DNA of 56,613 nucleotides from Perkinsus olseni (Eukaryota): NCBI GenBank assembly GCA_013115125.1, contig JABANN010000180.1, positions 1 to 56,613 of the forward strand, read 5' to 3'. Shown piece by piece: positions 48,693 to 56,613 of this stretch (position 1 is its first letter; each line of letters starts with the position of its first letter). The notes under the pieces were generated by a model. It saw only the letters and a program-made list of their open reading frames with translations, ran no database searches and was not told where the DNA came from. The position numbers and the translations under genes were made by a program.

Positions 48693-50298
48693 CCTGTCGT
48701 TGACGAAGAGAAGAAGGGCGGTCAGTTTCTACCGCCGTTACCGAGCGATCAATCCAAGTGGCTGGTGCTCGGCATTGAGTCGTCTTGTGATGATACGGCT
48801 GCCGCCGTGGTCGATATTGATGGCAACATACGAGGAGAGGCGATAGCTAGTCAAGCGGGTGAGCGTCCAGTTCCCTACCTTGAGGCCGTCGGATCGAATC
48901 TATCAGTCTCCTTTTTTCTCAGAAATTCACAGCCAGTACGGCGGAGTGGTACCGAAGTTGGCCCAGGAGGCCCACGCCTCAGCCATCAACAAGACGGTTG
49001 AGCTTGCTCTCTCTAGAGCTGGGATCGACTTCAAAGATCTCACGGCTATTGGTGTCACCGTGGGACCTGGCCTAGCCCTTTGTCTACAGGCAAGCAGGGA
49101 CTGGTCAGGGCTGCTGCTCGCCAACCGAAATTGTGTTCCGCGATTCGGCCATCCGCGGTAGTGCATTCTCAATTACGACGTTTACGGTAACCGAACCGAT
49201 GGGACTACAACCACTCTTCCCATGGACTTTTTTGCCTCTGCAGTCCATCGGGGTTGATGATTGCAACCCGGGATCGACGAGGATGGGCAGAGCTTTCGGA
49301 GCGTGGTTGTTGGTTATATCGCCTGTGGAGGGTCGATGGTCGTCCTCTGTCCTCAGGTTGGCGTGAAGAGTGCCATTGAGATGGCGGCCAAGTACGACCT
49401 TCCGCTGGTACGGACGCATCACATGGAATCACACATGCTTGTGACGAGGAAACCAGATCCGGCGGCAGCTTCTTCGCGGCCCGAGTTTCCCTTCGTCACT
49501 CTACTGGTGTCCGGCGGCCACAACATGGCGGTGCTGACCAAGGGAATGGGCGACCATGTTATTCTGGGATCGACCTTAGACGACTCTGTTGGAGAGTGCT
49601 TCGACAAGGTCGCGCGGTTGTTGGACATCCACGACGTCCCCGGTGGCCCGGTTCTTGAGAAGTTGGCGAGTCAGGGTAACCCCAGGGCCTGCTTGCGGGA
49701 GCTGGCGAAACCCCTGGCGAAGACGCGAGACCTCGAGCTGAAAAACGGATGTGATTTCTCCTTTGCGGGGCTAAAGACGTCGATGCGGCAGCTCATAGAG
49801 GGCGGCAAGTACAGCAAACCCGATATGGCAGCGACCTTCCAGAAGCGCTGTGTCGATCATCTGGTCGAACGAGCTGGTCGGGCGATCGACTGGGCCATGG
49901 ATCTTGACGGGGGGATCAAGGACTTGGTGGTTGCTGGTGGGGTGGCGGCTAATATGACGGTTCGGTCGAGCATGCAGGAGTTGGCCAAGGAGAAGGGCCT
50001 CACGTTGCACTGCCCTCCTACAAGGTTATGCACGGACAACGGTACGATGGTTGCCTGGAACGCGATCGAGCATCTGAAGAATGGCCTTTATGAGAGGGCT
50101 CCGTGCGCTGCCGAGTCCGCCGAGAAGTTCGTGGAGGTCCGACCCCGATGGCCGCTCGGTCCGAGGGATGACAGGTGCAAGGGAAGGGATAACGCGGAGG
50201 GTGGTCGGAAGGCGAGGAAGCGACCGCAGCCGGAGGAGCCGTCCGAGGAGCAGCTGAGAGAGATCAAACGTGTGGCAGCGGAAGTTAGAATATCCTAA
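48693..50298 (+). CDS. tsaD: TsaD/Qri7 (Kae1 family) tRNA threonylcarbamoyltransferase domain, 3 exons
   Basis: VLGIESSCDDT, YGGVVPKLA, VTVGPGL, HHMESH, LLVSGGH, DDSVGECFDK, FSFAGLKT, AGGVAAN, CTDNGTMVAW. Confidence 0.95.
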
Positions 50299-50988
50299 AT
50301 CTGTTCAGTTTCCTTCACCAGAGGGTGATTGAGTTTAGTTGGTTGAGGCGAGGGCTGGGGGGGGCGTGCAGGAGTGTTCCGAAAGTAATGGTAGTCTAGC
50401 TGCTGTACCATCGATGCTATCAATGTTCTTAGTCGGGAAGCTTGGGCCGTTCCATCAGATGCGTGATCAGCTGCCCTGATGCACGCTATGAATAGATGTT
50501 GAGGTGATGTCGGCCGCCGTGGGTGCTGATGCTGCGGCAGCTCGCCGCGAGACGCCAATATCGATCAGAATGTGGTGCGCTTCCCCGCTGGGGCAGACGG
50601 AATTCTGTATTTTCGTGCGCTATTGACGGACGATCTGAGCGGCATTATCGTCGTTACAGTGTCGGTTGGATCGGAAAACATCATCCGGGTGGGAATGCTG
50701 AGGTCCTCAGCCTGAGGAAGGTGGACTAAGATGTGGGGTCTCTACACTTCCCAGCATCCTTCAACTGGGAATTATGTCCCCAATCTTCCGGTAGAACGAA
50801 GTTGGAACCGCGACAATGATGTTAGGAATTCTAACTTAGGCTGAGGAGAACGGTGAAGTCACTCGTCGCAATCGCGGCTGTTTCCGGACGCTGAACTGGA
50901 AATGTCGCTTCCGCGGAGGTGGAAAATGCAGAGTTTTTCTGTGGGGATATTTTCTGGTAGTAATTCTCTCCGTCTTTCACATCTTGCA

Positions 50989-52341
50989 ATGAGATCGTGT
51001 GCACTACTGCACTTGCCGGGCCTCGTTTGTGTGTCCGGTGAGGGATCGAGGCAAATAACGAGCTACGTTCAACCCAAAGATCTTCCAGCGGGGACTTACA
51101 AGGCCGTACAAGAACAGAGCGGAGAGGGAGTCTGTCCCGAGCTCCCAGATCTTGTCGACTTCGAGATGGTGGTTCGCAACGGTCCACAAGGTCAGAGTGC
51201 CACGCTAGGATTCCAGGACCGTAGGGCGGCATTGGCCGGCCTGCCGCCTACCACCAGTAGAGGCCCATTTGAACTTGCACTTCATAGTCGCCGAGGGCTG
51301 GAAACTCTGAAGCGGATTGGACCGTTGGAGACTGTGAAGCTCTTGAACTGCTTCGGCATTGAACCTCGAACTCGCGCTTCTACCTTCGTTTTTGACTTGT
51401 ACACCCGTCTGTCTTTGGTGAAGCCGCCACGGATGCGTTTCTACACGCAGATCATGTTCTGCCAAACAGAGGACGTCGGTCTTGTCGTTGGTATCGGGCG
51501 GAATTCAAACAAGAACCGTCAACTGGGATCCTTCGATTACGGTTTCAAACTGGAACTGCAATCAGCAAAGGAAGCTGCTGCTCTACCGAAGGAGGGCGGT
51601 AGGAAACGAGTCCCTCCGTTAAGGTTTCGAATCGCACCGCCGAAACGTCCTAGGAAAGCTGAAGAAGCTTCTGGGGGCATGAATGCTGACCAGGCTAGTT
51701 CACTCCCCGACACCGGCGATCTTCAAGTCCATCATCTTCCAGTATCCAACGCTGTTGAAGACGCTGCCTCGCCTCCGTTCGAAGACGTGAAGAAGGCTGT
51801 TGATTCACCACCCTCAAAGCTCAATGCCGGAGCTCCCCCGGGCGACGGGTTGCTCGATCTCCCACTAGAACCACAAGGAGTACATCACCCACCGTCACCT
51901 ACCGCTCATTTGAGAGAAGGACTTGGGTGGGAGCGTAGCGGTGGGCCACCGGCAAGTATTTTCGATGGGCTGTACGAGACAGAAAACACAACTGTCATTG
52001 ATCAGCTTAAGAAGATTTCGGTGAATATCAGTAGGGCGCGGACTGATCATCCTCGAGTCGAGCTAGTCGTGGAGTTCCCACACTACGAAATTCAGCTCTG
52101 TGAAGAGAACGCGGTGTATCAAGAGGGATGCCTCCTGTTTGATTTCTTGAAGGGAGCTCACGACCCCGAGTTGCTCATCTTCACAGACACTCTGGGATTA
52201 GATTATGTATCACCAACTTCATTTCGTATCTGTCAGAAAGAAGGTGGCGAATTGGTTCTGATGTTTGATGCCAGTAGATACTCTGAGGGTATGCCGAGTA
52301 CAACGGTCCAGCTGAGGCTCCGCAAAGTCAATCTGAGCTAA
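50989..52341 (+). CDS. Hypothetical protein (~450 aa, intronless, possible signal peptide)
   Basis: Long uninterrupted ORF with hydrophobic start MRSCALLHLPGLVCVSG and a Pro-rich linker between two globular-looking parts; no family recognised. Confidence 0.7.
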   Translation: MRSCALLHLPGLVCVSGEGSRQITSYVQPKDLPAGTYKAVQEQSGEGVCPELPDLVDFEMVVRNGPQGQSATLGFQDRRAALAGLPPTTSRGPFELALHSRRGLETLKRIGPLETVKLLNCFGIEPRTRASTFVFDLYTRLSLVKPPRMRFYTQIMFCQTEDVGLVVGIGRNSNKNRQLGSFDYGFKLELQSAKEAAALPKEGGRKRVPPLRFRIAPPKRPRKAEEASGGMNADQASSLPDTGDLQVHHLPVSNAVEDAASPPFEDVKKAVDSPPSKLNAGAPPGDGLLDLPLEPQGVHHPPSPTAHLREGLGWERSGGPPASIFDGLYETENTTVIDQLKKISVNISRARTDHPRVELVVEFPHYEIQLCEENAVYQEGCLLFDFLKGAHDPELLIFTDTLGLDYVSPTSFRICQKEGGELVLMFDASRYSEGMPSTTVQLRLRKVNLS

Positions 52342-53968
52342 GAAGAGGCGAGCATTCGTTTTAAGCTTTGATTGTGGACAGTTCGAGCGTGCAGGCGAAT
52401 GAAGCACCGAAGCACTACGGCTGTAGGTGTAAGCTCTTTCGAGACCACTGCGATGGTTCTCCGTTCATGCTTATCTGTTTTTGCCATGTGGTTTTTTTGT
52501 GATGTTGTCGCTGTTGATTCGAAGGGTTGTGATAGTAGTTGAGCGTTGTTCGAGACTGGTGCTCCATGGTGGGCAGACCTGGCTGATTAAGAAGTCACAT
52601 TCACCCTCGGGTGCCGGCTGCCCGCTCCCGAGGGTCAATGTGACTTCTGCGACTTCTTGTTCCCGCCGCGGGCATAACCATGCCTAATCATGCCAATAAA
52701 CACTTGAGCACTGCTCAATAAGCAGTCATGCGCGAGTCTTGGCGAGCAGGAAGTTGTCGGTATGAGTACAGCGCATAGCTATTCTCACCAAGTCACCGTA
52801 GGTATTCGCTTAGTCATCAACCGTGGACGTGAACGCTTCCAGATCACTGTCTCAGCCGCGGTAGACCTCCGTTTTTGATAGTCCCGGCGACGAATGGGCC
52901 TGATGGAGGTCAGAAACCCCTGGCCGACGCCGCCGCTGTGGTCTGTGACTTGAGCCTGGCGGATACTGTGGTGCTATCGGCGCGCTCTTTCTCATTGGCG
53001 AGCAGTTCGTAATCACTTGCTTCCACTGGGGTTATCGCCCAAGCTCTACGACAAGAGGGATACTGACAGAAGCCTGTTGTCTATGAAGACAGCAGGAACG
53101 AATGCTACTAGCGCTACCTCATAGTTTGATCTGTGTTATTGTGAGGCTGTGAGACCGCTAGCTACTCTCGGGTCCTCCGGTCAGTAGTCAACCGCCTGCG
53201 CAAGCGAGGCGATGGTAGGCCCGCCTTCGGGCTACGTAATATTGAATCACTCAGAGCTAGTGTAAGTAAAGTAGTGCACATAGCACAACGATGATGTTTC
53301 TATTGCTTTGATCTGTCTCACTATGATACCACTAGTAACGCTCCCCGCTGGTGTCTCAGCTGGACGGTTGGTAGCTGCTGATGACTGTAGCGCTGGACTG
53401 CTGTGGAGACCTCTCTGCTTTCAGCTCCCTCAATGTCTGACGTCGTCATGAGGCTGTGCTTTCGTTCGTCATGCTCTGGCTTCACTGGGGTTGTTCTATC
53501 ATCGTGATGACTTCTACGGTTACCGCATGATGCGTTAGTGTCGTTCTCTCCAGCACTGTACGAGTGAACGTCAGTGGTGCTGGCCAGCCATCGGCATCTT
53601 TATCCTAGTTAGCGAAGTTCTTCGAGGATGTGCTGGTTTGGAGGAGGTAGATGAGATCGGTCTCCTGATTCACTTCAGCTCTACGGTGCTTCAACGTGGC
53701 TCTCACGGCTCCTGTCCTTGGATGTTCGTTTGCCTTCTTGCTTTCTCTCAGGGAGGTCTCGTGGATCGAAGCGTTCTCGGATGCCGCGTCGTCTTCAACA
53801 GGTACAGCACTTCCGCCTCACTTCTGTACTGCAGATCGCCCTCTACTCAGGTTGCCGGAGGAAGGCGGTTTGTTGTCATCGTCGGTGAGAAGGACGCTGG
53901 TCGTCTCGTGGTGGAAGAAGTTGTGACGGCATCGTTCTCAACGCTCTTGGTCCTACGGGCTGTCACGC

Positions 53969-54253
53969 CCTTCCCTAGTGTAAAGGGACATGCCCGTTGA
54001 GGCAGTATGGGCTGCTATGCCCTCCTTCCCTAGTGTAAAGGGACATGCCCGTTGAGGCAGTATGGGCTGCTATGCCCTCCTTCCCTAGTGTAAAGGGACA
54101 TGCCCGTTGAGGCAGTATGGGCTGCTATGCCCTCNNNNNNNNNNNNNNNNNNNNNNNNNNNNNNNNNNNNNNNNNNNNNNNNNNNNNNNNNNNNNNNNNN
54201 NNNNNNNNNNNNNNNNNNNNNNNNNNNNNNNNNCCTTCCCTAGTGTAAAGGGA
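53969..54253. repeat. 55-bp tandem repeat spanning an assembly gap (N run 54135-54233)
   Basis: CCTTCCCTAGTGTAAAGGGACATGCCCGTTGAGGCAGTATGGGCTGCTATGCCCT at 53969, 54024 and 54079; the repeat resumes after the gap. Confidence 0.95.
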
Positions 54254-54663
54254 GTTTGTTGTGCCATGGCCGAAGGACCGTCATTAGATCCCGTTTGGGA
54301 AGTGCCTTGTGTTGATAAGGTCATGAGGGCGAGAGGCCCCAACAATCACAAGAGGCGTGATGCACTGGAGTCACAGAGTACTCCCACCGGTAGACAGGCG
54401 ACACGCGAAACGCGAGGCCACCCCGGCTGAGCGCAACTTCGCCGAAGAGATCGATACTGGTACTCGTAACCGCTCTGTCCGCTACCTCGTCATCTCTCTT
54501 ATACCACTTTTTCACCAGATCGTTGTTGAGCTCTTGGCGGGATCTCGTCACCTTCAGAATATCTATTTTCAGATGCCCTCATCACTGTCTACAACAGCCC
54601 CTCCTCGCTCCCCCCTCTCATGTCCTCTAATTTTCAGTTGTTCCCTCGGTGATAGTAGTCCTC

Positions 54664-56613
54664 ATGATATCGTCACACAACGAGAACGACGTGGACGTTA
54701 TCAATGAAGCAACCCCAGCCAGCACTGTGGCCGTCACCGACGACCTTCACCAGCGGAAGTTGATTCAAGTTGACTTTCAAGGGAAAACTGAGAGATTCTC
54801 GTACGCCATCAGCGCTCTTCTATTCGTCTCTGCTTCATTATTGATGGAGTAATTACGTTAAGTGTGAGTCTATAGTCTTAAGCTGGCACCGGCGCGCTGG
54901 ACTGGTTACACTCTCACCGAGTTGCTTTTTTCATACAATGGGCTTCATTCTGTACCGTTTTCATGGTCATGGACTCACAGCCTCTTTAGCTGGTGTAATC
55001 TCCTCAGGTTCAAGAGCACCAGCCAGCTCCTGACCCAACTGAAGTACTCCTTCTCCCTAGAGAACGCCCGAGCGATCGAGCTGAGGGACGTCGCCGTGGA
55101 CGCCGTCGTCCCGCTTGGTGATCTCGAAGATGGTGGACACTACACGCTCAAGGTAAGTCGCCACTCCGCTCGACCTCGTCCAACTAAGAGAATCGCGGTG
55201 CTGTTGTTTGGGCAGGTCGTCGGCCACACGCTGGCCTTTCAAGAAGGCTTCTCAACTCAGTGTCCCGTGCACAGGCTCATCACCCTGCCGGAGATCTGTC
55301 GGTACATCATCGACACTCCCTACTTTCAACGCTTGCGGAACGAAACGCAGCTCGGTAAGGTGGTCGTTCGTCACGGCTTGAAGAGAGATGCTTGCAGGTG
55401 CGGCTGGATACGTCTTCATGGGCGCCACTCACACGAGGTTCGAGCATTCCATCGGGGCCGCCTATCTCGCGTAAGTTGCCGCTATTATGGGAGCTAAATG
55501 CAGGGTGTGGGATTCGAACCGGGGATCTTTCGGTGTCTCTATCAGGAAGAAGATGGTTGACCAGTTGAGCTCCAACCAACCGGAATACGGTATCGACGAG
55601 GAAGACAAGCTCTGTGTCATAATCGCTGGCCTCTGTCACGACCTCGGCCACGGACCCTACTCGCACGTCTGGGACTCCCATGTAACCCTCCTTCTCACGT
55701 CGGACACGCCAATGTCGTGACGCCATCGATAATTTCAGGTGAACCCTGCCCTTGGCATTCATCACGGACACGAGACGATGAGCGTCAAGATGATGTCGGT
55801 TTACCCAGGATTGGCCATCCGTCGATTCTTCTGCTCCTTTCAGCGACATTCTGGTTGAGCATCTCCTCAAGACCACCGATTGCCCTTCCATTCGGGCTCT
55901 CTTCACTGAGAAGAACATTGCCTTCATTAAAGCCTGCATCGAGGTGACCGTCTCCATCGGAACTTCGCCATGCCATCTGCATTTTTCCAGCCACCGTCGC
56001 AACTACACGACCCCGACTTCGGCGAAGGCCATCGGGATGAGGTCGGCCTTCCCTTCACAGGCGCCTGGACGGCCGTGTCCTTGTGGTGGTTTGTCAGTTC
56101 TTTCGCTCCATCGGGAGGCCTCCGTCGAAGTTCTTCCTGCTGGAGATAGTTGCCAACAAGAAATGCGGTGTTGACGTGGACAAGCTGGACTACATCATAC
56201 GGTGATCATATCCACGCTTTCTCATTCTATGCTACATTACTGATCATCAGCAACTGATCTTAATGCTTCATCCGTGCTCCAATACTGCCTCTTAGTGCAT
56301 CACCTTTTCACTAATAGCGCTCATTGTACAAGAAGGAGACCGCCGTCAGATATCGTTGTTGGCATTCCGCTTCTGCTTCCGTCTGCAAGTTGTGAATGGA
56401 CAGAGCTTCTCCCTGGCGTGTTGCACGGATCAGAACTATTCATCTACTTCGTATCGATAGCTTATCCTCTTCTATGGCGCTGATAATAAAAGATGATGAT
56501 GATGAGTGCTGCTGCGATTTCCTCGCTGTTATATCTACCGGAGTTTATAAGCCAACGCTTGGCAATCTCCCCCATATCTTCTCATCTTCTCCTCAGGGAC
56601 TGCCACTACACAG
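54664..56613 (+). CDS. SAMHD1-like HD-domain dNTP triphosphohydrolase, multi-exon, runs off the window end
   Basis: [11 protein letters not shown]...[52 protein letters not shown]|..RD. Confidence 0.92.

Noticed and set aside
52400-54600. Possible multi-exon minus-strand gene with S/T-rich exons
   Set aside because: Some open stretches and splice-like sites exist, but no recognisable domain or consistent model, and an N gap interrupts it.

Overview
Intron-rich eukaryotic DNA with short (~45-60 nt) GT/GC-AG introns and dense genes. It looks most like the alveolate parasite Perkinsus; this is inferred from gene structure and content, not searched. Recognisable genes: two paralogous cytochrome P450s plus a third relic, a group II PLP-dependent (AADC/TDC-like) decarboxylase, a HAD phosphatase, a DUF3431 protein, cytochrome b5, an LRR protein, thioredoxin, 5-aminolevulinate synthase, GAS8/DRC4, aldose 1-epimerase, an alpha/beta hydrolase, TsaE/TsaD and a SAMHD1-like HD protein. 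There are also two tRNA-Phe/tRNA-His pairs, a Dada-like transposase, two MITEs and several intronic minisatellites. Main discoveries from manual splicing: (1) The two apparent decarboxylase genes splice in frame into one chain whose halves have complementary losses. The N-terminal unit lacks the PLP lysine and ring-stacking His but keeps the trans-acting Tyr loop and LGR motif; the C-terminal unit shows the reverse. This suggests a single-chain half-site enzyme. (2) TsaE appears fused in frame to TsaD/Qri7. (3) A Dada-like transposon abuts a tRNA-Phe gene at the A-box TAGCTC. (4) The HAD gene has two duplicated alternative first exons. Exon boundaries were read by eye and need RNA confirmation.
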